A stretch of 64,000 nucleotides of DNA from an uncultured bacterium. GTDB lineage: Bacteria; Oederibacteriota; PGYV01; CAWJRG01. Of this stretch, positions 1-11,200 are shown in pieces. The notes beneath the pieces are model-generated. The model worked only from the letters and a program-made list of their open reading frames with translations. It made no database searches and was not told the DNA's origin. Every line of letters begins with the position of its first letter. Within the stretch, counting starts at the first letter, position 1. Where the stretch lies: positions 1 to 64,000 of the forward strand of contig CAWJRG010000006.1 of assembly GCA_963845185.1 (NCBI GenBank), read 5' to 3'. A program made the translations under genes and the position numbers.

Positions 1-1
1 A

Positions 2-2435
2 AACACACCACAGAACACAGCAACTTTGACGGCGACAGGTACAAATACACCGTTGCCCACGGCAACTTTAACCGGGACGGGAACAAATACATTGACGCCT
101 ACGTTTACTGCAACACGAACAAACACGTTAACGTCTACCTTCACTACGTCACCAACGCTGACATATACAATTACGCTGACTTGGACAATCACGTCACAGA
201 ACACGGCAACTTTAACGGCAACAGGAACAAATACAGCGTTGCCTACAGCTACAAGGACAAATACCGGGACAATTACCATTACAATGACAGAGACAAGCAC
301 AGGTACATTTACGGTTACAGCAACAAGAACAAACACATTGACAGATACGCTGACATACACAGTTACTTTGACTTGGACAAACACATCTCAGAACACAGTA
401 ACTTTAACAGCGACAGAGACAAACACAGTGTTGCCGACAGCTACAAGAACAAATAGCGGGACAAATACAGTTACAGTGACAGGAACAAGCACAGATACGT
501 TTACAATTACTTCTACTAGGACAAATACATTAACAAGTACGCCTACAAATACAGTTACTTTGACTTGGACAAACACATCTCAGAACACAATTACTTTAAC
601 GGCAACAGGGACAAATACTCTGCTGCCGACAGGGACAAGCACATTGACGCTAACGTTTACGGCGACAAGGACAAATACAGCGACAATAACTTCAACAAGT
701 TCAGTGACTAATACGATGACACCGACATTAACAGCGACATTGACTTTCACAAGAACAGTAACACCAACAGATACTAATTCGCCAATAGTCTCGGCTACGC
801 CAACATTTACTAATATCGTATTCACATGGACAATTACGCCGACATTTACCGTATCGCCCACAATTACATTGACAAACACACCGTTACCAACAGGGACAAA
901 TACAAGTACGCTAACGTCTACGGCGACAAGAACAGATACAATGACAAATATTCCTACATATACAGGGACTCTGACGAGTACAAACACACCGCAGAATACA
1001 GAGACTTTGACAGCAACAGACACAAATACTGCAACGCCTTCCGCAACTGCAACGCGAACAAACACTGTAACATTAACATTCACTGCAACATCAACGCCGA
1101 CAGATACAGTTATGATGACTTGGACAAACACACTAAATCCAACAGGTACAAGCACGGCGACGTCTACGCTTACGGCGACACGAACAAATACTGCAACGGT
1201 CACTTCGACAAGCTCGGTGTCTAACACTGTCACGCCAACATTAACAGTGACATTGACTTTCACACGGACAGTTACACCAACAGATACTAATTCGCCAATA
1301 GTCTCGGCTACGCCAACATTTACTAATATCGTATTCACATGGACGATTACACAAACGTTTACCATATCGCCGACAATTACAATGACGAATACATTGTTAC
1401 CGACAGAAACAAATACAGAGACGCCCACGTTTACTGCGACAAAAACAAATACAGCGACGTCTACATTTATTAATACAGCGACAGATACGCCGACAATTTC
1501 ACCTACTTCTACCATAACGTTAACAATAACACTGACAGATACGCCTTCACTAACAGATACGATAACGTCTACATCGACAGAAACAGCTACAAGAACACAT
1601 ACACCATTACCGACGCTGACAAATACACCGCAGAACACTGCAACGAGCACAGTGACGCCTACTGTTGGAGCCAGCCTTGTAGCGGCCATAAATGTATCGC
1701 CAGGAAACGCAATGATAGGCCAGGATATAACAGTGGTAATGCAGATAGTAAATACAGGGACAAATGGCGTGGATAACTTACAGCCTTCAGTTCTTGCTCA
1801 AGCAGGAGGCGGAGCAGCTGTCCTTGTAGGCGGGCCCAAGCCCTGCAAGTATTGCAATAGCCTCGGGGTCAGCAGGTTCATTTACGTGGGTATATACAGT
1901 GACTTCCGTGGCAGGCAACATAACATTCAGCGGCACAGCAAGCGGCACAGACGCAATAAACGGCACAATAGTATCAACCTCATCAGTGTCGAGTAATCCT
2001 GTAATATGCGTGACAGCCACAGCAACAATAGCAAATTCGATTACAGTTACCATAACATCGACATATACAATAACGCCAAGTATTACGGCAACCAAACCAG
2101 TTGCGACAGCCAGCTTTACACCGACAAACCAGGTTGCTGTTTTGACTGTTACTCCTACGATTGTTATCGCAGAACCGCCAAGGATATATCCAAATCCGGT
2201 GAAAGACAAGTTCAGGTATATATTTACACTGTCAGAAGATGCGGATATAGAAATAAGAATATATACAGTAGCATTCAGATTAATAGCAAGATTTGACCAG
2301 AGACTGAGCGTAGGGTTAAATACTATGATAATCGACACACAAGGCTTGGCAAACGGCACATATTTTATTGTATACAAGGAAAAAGGCCAGACGACAAACA
2401 AGAAAAAAGTTGATAAATTTATTGTATTGAAATAA
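2..2435 (+). pseudogene. Thr-rich surface protein (5' partial) with an internal Ig-like domain and a T9SS type A-like C-terminal domain, split by a +1 frameshift at about 1835-1837 (true lesion or sequencing error)
   Basis: ORFs 26..1996 and 1899..2435 join if one C is removed from GGGCCCAAG. This restores GPSPASIAIASGSAGSFTWVY, matching the paralog at 8236..12318 (GPSPASTTIKANLQASFTWVY). The C-terminus reads IYPNP...LANGTYFI...KVDKFIVLK. Confidence 0.8.
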
Positions 2436-2787
2436 ATAAAAAAGATTTGGCGCAATTTTATTTACAAACAGTATTAAGTCATTTTGTTAAATTTTTTAAA
2501 ATCTTTATTCGTATAAAATACTATATACGCGCTTTGCCACTTATTCCCCACACTAGCTAGAGAGTTAAAAGTTGAACATTAGATAGGTGATGGAGGAAAG
2601 GTTCAAAGCTCAAGGGTCAAGAGCTCAACTGAAAGCCTCAACAAGTTTCCTTCGACGGCTCATCGACTGAAACTGGGGCAGCAATACGTAATTATTTTTG
2701 CTTGATACTCTTTTTACTAAATCACTTGCAAATAGAATTATTAATGATAAAATTAATCATAAATAAAATTAAACTAAGGAAATAAAA

Positions 2788-3660
2788 ATGATAAAACCAT
2801 ATTACGAGAGGCCAAATTTTACCCTTTATCATGGTGACAGCCTTGATATTTTAAAAGAAATCAAAAAAAGTTCTATTAACATGATTTTTGCAGATCCGCC
2901 TTATTTTCTATCAAGTGGTACATTTACCTGCCATAATGGCAGAATGGTCAGTGTTAAAAAAGGCAATTGGGATTTAAGCAATGGTATGGAAAAAAATTTT
3001 GAATTTCATCTTGCGTGGATTAAAGCCTGCAAGGAAATACTAGAACCAAATGGTAGTATGTGGATAAGCGGAACCTACCACTCAATTTATCAATGCGGTT
3101 TTGCCTTGCAAATGAATAATTTTCATATTTTAAATGATATAGCATGGTTTAAACCTAATGCATCGCCTAACTTGAGTTGTCGCTTTTTCACTGCCAGCCA
3201 TGAAACGCTTATTTGGGCAAGAAAAGAAAAAAAGGCAAAACATAAATTTAATTATAAATCAATGAAAGACGGCAGCTGGCCGGAAGATTCTTTAAAGAAA
3301 CCAGGCATGCAAATGAGATCTGTTTGGTCTTTAAATACTCCTAAACCTATTGAAAAAAAATTTGGAAAACATCCTACACAGAAACCATTTGATTTACTCA
3401 AACGCATTGTGCTTGCCAGCACAAATAAAGGCGATTTAATACTGGATCCTTTTACAGGAAGCTCAACAACAGGACTAGCTGCATATTTATATGGACGGCA
3501 ATTTATTGGTATTGATACAGAAAAAAATTATCTTGATCTTTCGATAAAAAGATTTGAGGAGCTTGACAAGAATCTAAAAGCTAAATTATTTAAGGTGAAA
3601 AAAATTGAAAATCATATCGAGAAGGCAAGCAATCAACAACCTAAGGAAGCATTTGGGTAA
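2788..3660 (+). CDS. DNA amino-methyltransferase (N6A/N4C, beta class)
   Basis: Catalytic motif IFADPPY comes before HPTQKP and the SAM-binding motif LDPFTGSSTT. Confidence 0.93.
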   Translation: MIKPYYERPNFTLYHGDSLDILKEIKKSSINMIFADPPYFLSSGTFTCHNGRMVSVKKGNWDLSNGMEKNFEFHLAWIKACKEILEPNGSMWISGTYHSIYQCGFALQMNNFHILNDIAWFKPNASPNLSCRFFTASHETLIWARKEKKAKHKFNYKSMKDGSWPEDSLKKPGMQMRSVWSLNTPKPIEKKFGKHPTQKPFDLLKRIVLASTNKGDLILDPFTGSSTTGLAAYLYGRQFIGIDTEKNYLDLSIKRFEELDKNLKAKLFKVKKIENHIEKASNQQPKEAFG

Positions 3661-4228
3661 AGATTTATCTAAGTTGGCGAAAAAAACAAAAATAACCACA
3701 TATCAAACCGGAAAACAGAATAAAGGATGGAAAGGTCTAGTAATTGAAATATTAGCCGGCCTGAAAACCAATGTATCAAAAGCCCCAAATGGCGAAAACT
3801 TTGAGCTGAAATCCGTAAGTTTTTATTATAATGATAAAAAAGAGCTGGTCCCTAAAGAAACTATGGCAATAACAATGATAAACCCTGAAGAACTAAAAAA
3901 GACACAGTTTTTTAACAGTCATTGTTGGGCTAAACTTAAATCAATTGTTTTTTGCGCTGTTTTGTGGCATGGAAAAAATTCCAGAACTGCTGAATTAATA
4001 AATGTCACAAGCTTGGACTTTACTGAAAACGAAGAGCTTATTAAAGAAATTGAAAAAGATTATGAATTTATCAGAAATAAATTAATTACTAAAGGTTTTC
4101 AAAGTTTGACTGGCTCGGATGGTAAGTGGATTCAAGCAAGAACAAAAGGTGCCGGTCATGGTTCTACCAGCAGAGCCTTTTATGCACGGAAAGAATTAGT
4201 TAAGAAAATATTTGATGCCGCTTCTTAA
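3605..4228 (+). CDS. MutH/Sau3AI-family endonuclease (probable type II restriction enzyme)
   Basis: Motifs NKGWKGLVIE, ELKS, PKETMAIT and QARTKG...RAFYARK. TTG start with upstream AAGGTG; overlaps the MTase gene. Confidence 0.85.
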   Translation: MKIISRRQAINNLRKHLGKDLSKLAKKTKITTYQTGKQNKGWKGLVIEILAGLKTNVSKAPNGENFELKSVSFYYNDKKELVPKETMAITMINPEELKKTQFFNSHCWAKLKSIVFCAVLWHGKNSRTAELINVTSLDFTENEELIKEIEKDYEFIRNKLITKGFQSLTGSDGKWIQARTKGAGHGSTSRAFYARKELVKKIFDAAS

Positions 4229-4346
4229 TTAACTTAATATAACCTCACAACAACTTCTCCAGCATCAAAATCGCTCCTCCGGACTGGAGCTGGTACGTGC
4301 AAGGGAATAGGGAATTGGGATTGGGGATTGCCGTGGAACAAATGGC

Positions 4347-4375
4347 TTGAAATATATCCGTGTTTATCTTACAAT
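4347..4375 (+). promoter_or_regulatory. Sigma70-like promoter of the LacI gene
   Basis: TTGAAA-17 nt-TACAAT. Confidence 0.5.
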
Positions 4376-4411
4376 CGATCATAAACTTATAATCCATAAC
4401 GTTGGAGCCCT

Positions 4412-5440
4412 ATGAAAAAATTAGTTATTAAGGATATAGCCAGGCTTGCAGGGGTAAGCAACAGCGCTGTTTCGAAGACCATCAACAATTACAGCGATAT
4501 TCCGGAAAAAACAAAGGAAAAAATACGGAAAATAATAGATAAATATAATTTTCACCCTTCCAAGTCCGCCCAAATGCTCCGCAAGGGCAGGAATGACAAG
4601 ATAGCTTTTATGTCGGGAAGGATTGCCTCGCATTTTACCGTAGAAATCCTCGGCGCCATTGAAAAAAGGACATTTTCTACCGGCAAATATGTCCATGGCA
4701 TTATCCCGTATTCAACGGATTATGACAGGAAGATTATGGATGAAATATTCAAAAAAATACTTTATGGCAGGGAAGCCTCGGCTATCGTGGCGCTTGCCAT
4801 GAACCCTGACCCCGGGATACTGCTTAAATACAGGGAAGCAGGGATACCTTTAATACTGATAGAGAACTTTATGAAAAACGCGCACTCGGTCAACATAGAT
4901 AACCGTAAGGCCGGTTTTATGGCAGCCGAATACCTCATAAAAAGCAACAGGAAAAAAATAGGGTTGATATGCGGCGGGCTGAAGGCCGGGTCAAAAGCCG
5001 GTTTCAGTTATGCCGCGGTAAAAAGGAAGGCAGGATTTGACAAGGCGCTTGAAATGTCCGGTATTAAGCCTGACAGCAAATACCTGGAGCTGGCTTCTAA
5101 TTATACTATCGCTGAAGGTATGGAAATATTCGACAGGTTTGTGAAAAAGGGAGTAAAACCCGACGCAATATTTTGCGCTTCCGGCGATGCGACAGCCACA
5201 GGTGTGATGGAATCTGCCAAAAAGCACGGAATAAGGATACCTGATGACCTTGCAGTAATAGGTTTTGACGACTTCACATTTTCAGCTTTCCTGAATCATC
5301 CGCTTACAACAGTCAGGCAGCCGGTAGAAAAGCTTGGCGCAGAAGTCTTTAATACGGCTGTGGAAGCCATTGAAGGAAAATTAAAGTCGTTTAAACATAC
5401 TATAATAGAGCCTGAACTCATCATAAGAAAGTCTGCTTAA
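4412..5440 (+). CDS. LacI-family transcriptional regulator
   Basis: N-terminal HTH IKDIARLAGVSNSAVSKTIN; C-terminal IPDDLAVIGFDD, PLTTVRQP and ELIIRKS. Confidence 0.96.
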   Translation: MKKLVIKDIARLAGVSNSAVSKTINNYSDIPEKTKEKIRKIIDKYNFHPSKSAQMLRKGRNDKIAFMSGRIASHFTVEILGAIEKRTFSTGKYVHGIIPYSTDYDRKIMDEIFKKILYGREASAIVALAMNPDPGILLKYREAGIPLILIENFMKNAHSVNIDNRKAGFMAAEYLIKSNRKKIGLICGGLKAGSKAGFSYAAVKRKAGFDKALEMSGIKPDSKYLELASNYTIAEGMEIFDRFVKKGVKPDAIFCASGDATATGVMESAKKHGIRIPDDLAVIGFDDFTFSAFLNHPLTTVRQPVEKLGAEVFNTAVEAIEGKLKSFKHTIIEPELIIRKSA

Positions 5441-5446
5441 ATTCCC

Positions 5447-5475
5447 TTGACATTGTTATTTGCTTGATGTATACT
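5447..5475 (+). promoter_or_regulatory. Sigma70-like promoter of the GH74 operon
   Basis: TTGACA-17 nt-TATACT. Confidence 0.75.
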
Positions 5476-5476
5476 A

Positions 5477-5496
5477 TTACTAAATCGATTTCGTAA
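5477..5496. promoter_or_regulatory. Candidate LacI-type operator
   Basis: 20-bp palindrome TTACTAAATCGATTTCGTAA with 9/10 pairs and a central CG, directly after the -10 box. Confidence 0.6.
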
Positions 5497-5555
5497 GATG
5501 CATGCTGCATATTTAAGCCTAAAATTTTCATGCTTTTTTTGGGAGAGTTACTTTA

Positions 5556-8234
5556 ATGAATAACAGGAAAAAATCAAACACACCTTTAAAGAAAATAATA
5601 TTGCTGTTTATATTTGTTTTAATTCTTAAAAATATTTCAGCATATACATGGAAACCCGTTGTAGTACCCGCGGGCGGCACCATCACGGGAATTGTTTACA
5701 GCAAGGTCTCCCAGGGACTCATTTATGCCCGCACCGATATGGGCGGCGCCTATCGCTGGAATAGCGCCACCAGCACCTGGATTCCATTGACCGACTGGCT
5801 CGGCGACTGGAACCTGTACGGCATTGAAAGCATCGCGCCCGATCCGGTGAACGCCAACATAGTCTATGCGGCCATCGGCCAGACATATAATAATACAGAC
5901 GGCTATATCATAGCTTCCTCGGACCAGGGGAGTACCTGGACCCAGTACTCAATCCCGGCCTTAATCGGAGCTAACAACGGCGGCAACGACGCAGGAGAAC
6001 GTCTTGCTGTAGACCCAAACCTTACATCCATCCTGTATTTCGGGTCGCGGAGTAACGGCCTGTGGAAAAGCACAAACTCAGCCGCCAACTGGAGCCAGGT
6101 GACATCTTTCCCTGTGAACGGCGATGCCGGAAATGGCCTGAGCTACGTTATCCTGGACCCTAAAAGCGGCACATCAGGTTCGCAGTCAAACACGGTCTAT
6201 GTGGGGGTGGAAGCCGCAGGTTCAGGCAACAGCAACCTCTACCGTTCGACCAACGGCGGCACCAGCTGGGCCGTGGTCCCCGGCGGCCCGTCCGGCATGA
6301 TCACAATACAAGCATCCCTCGGGACAGACGGAAACCTCTGGATAGTTTATGACGACAGCAACAGTTACAACAACGGCCAGATATGGAAGCTCAACACAGG
6401 CACGCTGGCATGGACCAATGTGTCACCGTCAAACGGCCCGGCAAGCGGCGGTGGTTACAGCGGGATATGCGTGGACGCACAGAACGCCCAGCACGCGGCA
6501 GTCACAACCATGGACTGGTGGGGCGGCCCTGACAAATGTTACCAGACCACGAACGGCGGGACTTCCTGGACAGTAATTTCAAACGTGCAAAACAGCTGGG
6601 ATGGCGGGCCCTACGCCGTCTATAACAACAACGGCGCGCTCTGGACACGGTTTTGCAGCACTTACGACGGCGGCGCCTGGTATATGAACTCAATCAAGAT
6701 AGACCCTTTTAATTCAAACAATGCTATTTATACAACAGGAGGCGGACTTTGGACTACCACAAACGTCCAGGCCTCATCCCAGCCGCAGGGCATCACATGG
6801 ACATTTACTGACTACGGCATAGAGCAGACTGCGGTCCTTTTCCTGAACGCGGCCTATAAGAACGGGGTCTTTTTCAGCTGCCTTGGCGATGTGAGCGGAA
6901 TGCGATACACCAACCTCGACAGCCCGGCCCCTAATAAATACTGCCCTTCGGTCGGCAACATCAACTGCCTTGACTTTGCCGAGAACAACACCAATATCGC
7001 GGCACGCGTGGGCAGCAGCGGCGCCGTCGCTTCAGACACGGCCTTTTCCTCGGACAACGGGCAGACATGGACGCCTGGCTCTACAGCACCGCCGGGTTAC
7101 ACCACCGACAATGAGATGGGCTCTGTGGCGGTCGCTGCCGACGGCTCGCGTGTGATAGTCTGCCCTTTCAGCGGCTATGGAAACCCGGCTTACACCACCA
7201 ACAGCGGCAGCAGCTGGACCACCTGCAACGGCCTGTCTTCAGGTTCATACCTGGACTCGGACCGTGTCAATGCATCCATCTTTTTCGCCACCAACGGAAG
7301 CACACTTTACCTCAGCACTGACAGCGGCGCGAATTTCAGCGCTGTCAACACATTCTCAGGGACCGGCGCTCCCCGTACTGTATTCGGGCTGACAGGCGAG
7401 GTATGGGTGGCCACAGGAAACGGCCTATACCGTTTTACCAACAATGGCTCGACAATGACGACCATTTCCAATGTTTCTTCAGCCAACTCAGTAGGGTTCG
7501 GCATGGCTGCATCCGGGCAGTCGCATCCGGCTGTCTACCTGACGGGAAACGTGGGCGGGACATACGGGTTTTACCGCTGTGACGACGGAGCAGGGAACGC
7601 GTGGGTGAGGATAAACGACAACAACCACCAGTATGGTTACGGAGCCTGGTGCGGCGGTGATGAAGGAATATACGGCAGGATGTATGTCGGGACAAACGGC
7701 CGCGGGACGCTTTATTGCGACAGCGCCGTAACCGGCACTGCAACAAACACGCCAATTATAACTTCAACATTCACGACTACTCAAACACGCACACCAGTGC
7801 CGACCGGTACAGTAACTTTCACGCCAACGCCAATGCCTGCAATGTCGCTGACAAAAACTGTAAATAAAGCATCTGTTACGCTTGGAGACACAGTCACATT
7901 TACACTTTCCTACCAAAATACAGGTTCTGTTACAGCGCCGAATGTGCCGCTATGGGACACTATACCAAGCTGCGTTTCCTATATCGGCAGCAGCCCGGCT
8001 GCGACGCAGAACGGCAGCCTGCTCAACTGGAACCTTGGAAACATTAATTCCGGCGGCAGCGGAAGCGTAACATGGTGGGGCGTGGTCACATGCTATTCAT
8101 TCACCCCGCTTTTTAACAAGATGTATTATTTTGCTTATTGTGACAAAAAGTTTTTTACGGACATATACAATTATTACAATGATTTTGCCCGGGCTTATGA
8201 CCCGTATAAAAAGAAATTGCAGGAGATGGAGTAA
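5556..8234 (+). CDS. Secreted GH74 xyloglucanase-like glycoside hydrolase with a truncated DUF11 domain and aromatic tail (unit A1)
   Basis: Signal peptide; GH74 motifs GGTITGIV, YARTDMGGAYRW, GERLAVDPN and YVGTNGRG; BNR/Asp-box repeats (STNGGTSW). DUF11-like LTKTVNK...GDTVTFTL...LWDTIP near the C-terminus. Confidence 0.9.
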   Translation: MNNRKKSNTPLKKIILLFIFVLILKNISAYTWKPVVVPAGGTITGIVYSKVSQGLIYARTDMGGAYRWNSATSTWIPLTDWLGDWNLYGIESIAPDPVNANIVYAAIGQTYNNTDGYIIASSDQGSTWTQYSIPALIGANNGGNDAGERLAVDPNLTSILYFGSRSNGLWKSTNSAANWSQVTSFPVNGDAGNGLSYVILDPKSGTSGSQSNTVYVGVEAAGSGNSNLYRSTNGGTSWAVVPGGPSGMITIQASLGTDGNLWIVYDDSNSYNNGQIWKLNTGTLAWTNVSPSNGPASGGGYSGICVDAQNAQHAAVTTMDWWGGPDKCYQTTNGGTSWTVISNVQNSWDGGPYAVYNNNGALWTRFCSTYDGGAWYMNSIKIDPFNSNNAIYTTGGGLWTTTNVQASSQPQGITWTFTDYGIEQTAVLFLNAAYKNGVFFSCLGDVSGMRYTNLDSPAPNKYCPSVGNINCLDFAENNTNIAARVGSSGAVASDTAFSSDNGQTWTPGSTAPPGYTTDNEMGSVAVAADGSRVIVCPFSGYGNPAYTTNSGSSWTTCNGLSSGSYLDSDRVNASIFFATNGSTLYLSTDSGANFSAVNTFSGTGAPRTVFGLTGEVWVATGNGLYRFTNNGSTMTTISNVSSANSVGFGMAASGQSHPAVYLTGNVGGTYGFYRCDDGAGNAWVRINDNNHQYGYGAWCGGDEGIYGRMYVGTNGRGTLYCDSAVTGTATNTPIITSTFTTTQTRTPVPTGTVTFTPTPMPAMSLTKTVNKASVTLGDTVTFTLSYQNTGSVTAPNVPLWDTIPSCVSYIGSSPAATQNGSLLNWNLGNINSGGSGSVTWWGVVTCYSFTPLFNKMYYFAYCDKKFFTDIYNYYNDFARAYDPYKKKLQEME

Positions 8235-8235
8235 A

Positions 8236-11200
8236 ATGCCAAAGGTAAAGGCAAAAGAAAAGCGCGGCAGAGAAGGGGCTGGTAGAAATAATTCAGCAAT
8301 ATATTTTATTTTTTTTATACTGATATTAATGCCTTTTTCTGCCTTTGCCACTTCAACTATTCAGAACCTGGCAGTATCGCCGGGGACTGTATCGGCGGGG
8401 CAGAACGTAACAATAACATTTTCATTTATGAGCACAAATACAGGATGCAAAGTAGCTTATTTTGCGGCTTTATCGAACCAGTGCGCACTGCAAAACGCTG
8501 GGACAGTGGGGCAGGCAGTACTGGTAAATGAGGGTGGAATAAATACACCCTGCTGCAATGCGCAGGTAAACGGCGGAAGGACCAGCCAGTGCGACGGGGA
8601 CAACACCTATCACGCTTCAACGGAAACTACATGCGGCATGGAATCAGGCGGAGGGCCTATTTACATGACCGTGCCTTCAAGCTGGGCAAACGGCACATAT
8701 TACGCGATAGTGGCGGTGAGGGATTGCAATATATACCTGAACCCATCATGTTGCACGAATATGGACAACCAATATTGCGTGTCATTTACCGTGGGCGTGG
8801 CAGGTTCGCCGACAAATACGCCATTGCCGACAAGGACAACGACGCCCACGCCCGTGCCTGTCGGGATTATTGTCAATGTGGCGCAGATAGGTTTCGGCAA
8901 TTCGAGCAGCGCTTCTTTTAATGTTTTATCGCCAACGCAGACAAGCACACAGCAGTCAAACCCGACTTTTACACGAACTTCAACGATGACAAATACAAGG
9001 ACAAGCACCCCATCGTCCACAAATACAAACACGAATACATTCACGCCAACAAACACGGTTACTTTGACGTGGACAAGCACACTACAGAATACAGTTACAT
9101 TAACGGCGACAGGGACGAACACGGCGGTAAATACAGGCACAAGTACAGCGACAAAAACAAACACTGCAACATCTACACTTACTTCAACCTTGACAAATAC
9201 ACAAGTCAACACAGCGACTTTAACAACAACAGGAACAAACACGCCGGTAAATACAGGGACAAGCACAGCGACACCTGCGCTGTCAGCGACGAGGACAAAT
9301 ACTGCAACTTTGACATATACAGTGACATTAACAAATACACCATTGCCGACAAAGACAAATACAGTTACTTTGACGTGTACAAGTACGCCACAAAATACAA
9401 TTACATTAACAGCGACAGGGACAAATACACAATTGCCAACAGGAACAAGCACACAGTTTCCTTCGCCTTCAGTTACGGCGTCCATGCCAGTGACAAGGAC
9501 AAGCACGAGTACAAATACGCCAATACCGACTGGTACAAGCACAGCGACATTTACGCTTACAACGACAAGAACAAACACCGCAACTACGACTTATACGTTG
9601 ACATACACGTCAACATTTACAGTTACTCTGACAGGGACAAGCACACTACAGAATACAGTTACATTAACGGCGACAGGGACGAACACGGCGGTAAATACAA
9701 GCACAAGTACAGCGACAAAAACAAACACTGCAACATCTACACTTACTTCAACCTTGACAAATACACCGGTCAACACAGCGACTCTAACAGCGACAGGGAC
9801 AAACACGGTGGTAAATACAAGTACAAGCACAGCGACAAGAAAAACAAATACGTTGACATATACTGGAACTATGACAGCGACAAACACGGCTACATTGACA
9901 TTCACGACTACAATAACTCAGACAAACACGCCCACTTATACAGTGACATTAACTTACACTAGGACGGTTACTTCTACAAATACCGATACGCCGGTTGTAT
10001 CGATAACGCCGACATATACAGCAACAGTATTCACATGGACAATTACACAGACATTTACAATATCGCCAACGATCACGCTGACAGACACGCCTTTGCCGAC
10101 AGGAACAAATACAGTCACGCCCACATTAACGGCAACCAGAATAAACACGGCAACGTCGACATTCACCGCGACACTTACACCGACATACACAGTTACTTAT
10201 ACTTTAACAAATACGCCGGTAAATACGGCAACTTTAACAGTGACAGGTACAAGCACAAATACATTTACATTAACAGCAACAAGGACGAGCACGACAACAA
10301 ATACTCAGACATGGACGCCGACGTCTACTCTGATAAATACCCCTACAGACACGGCGACTTTAACAGAGACAGGCACAAGTACAGCGACAAGGACAAATAC
10401 AACGACAAATACGCAAACATATACAATTACTTTGACAGATACAAGCACAACGACGCTGACATTAACGCCTACAAATACTGCTTCGTTCTCAGTAACATCA
10501 ACATTTACAAGAACAGTAACACCAACAATTACTAATTCGCCAATAGTATCGGTAACGCCGACTTATACAGCTACGGTTTTCACATGGACAATTACGCAGA
10601 CATTTACAGTATCACCAACGATTACATTGACAGATACACCGCTACCGACAGGAACTAATACAGGCACACCTACGTTTACTGAGACAAGAACAAATACTTC
10701 AACACCTACGCCGACATATACAGTTATTCTGACATTGACAAACACGCCACAGAACACGGTAACTTTAACAGATACAGGTACAAATACGCCATTACCTACA
10801 GGCACAAGCTCAGATACGCCTACGCTTACTGCAACAAGGACAAACACATTAACAAATACGGCTACATATACAGCCACCCAGACTTTGACAAACACTCCAC
10901 AAAACACAGTAACTTTAACAGCTACAGGGACAAATACACCCTCGGGGACGCCAACGCTTACTGTAACAAGGACAAACACAGAGACAAATACACTTACATA
11001 TACAGTCACTCTGACGCTGACAAACACTCTACAAAATACAGCATCTTTAACAGCTACAGCTACAAATAGTTGTGCCTGTACAGGGACTCCTACTTATACA
11101 GCGACAATTTTTACAGCTACAATTACATTGACATATACAGTGTCACCGACAGTTACCTTGACAAATACGCTGTCGCCTACAACAACAAATACAGCGACAT

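Noticed and set aside
8131..8235. ORF-track start of B1 at 8131
   Set aside because: It overlaps A1 by about 100 nt. ATG 8236 has an RBS and aligns with the B2 and B3 starts.
8095..8862. Idea that the DNA between A's truncated DUF11 and B's tag is an intron or excisable element that rejoins one gene
   Set aside because: It encodes an RBS, a signal peptide and a protein domain conserved in all three units. I see no intron structure, terminal repeats or recombinase.
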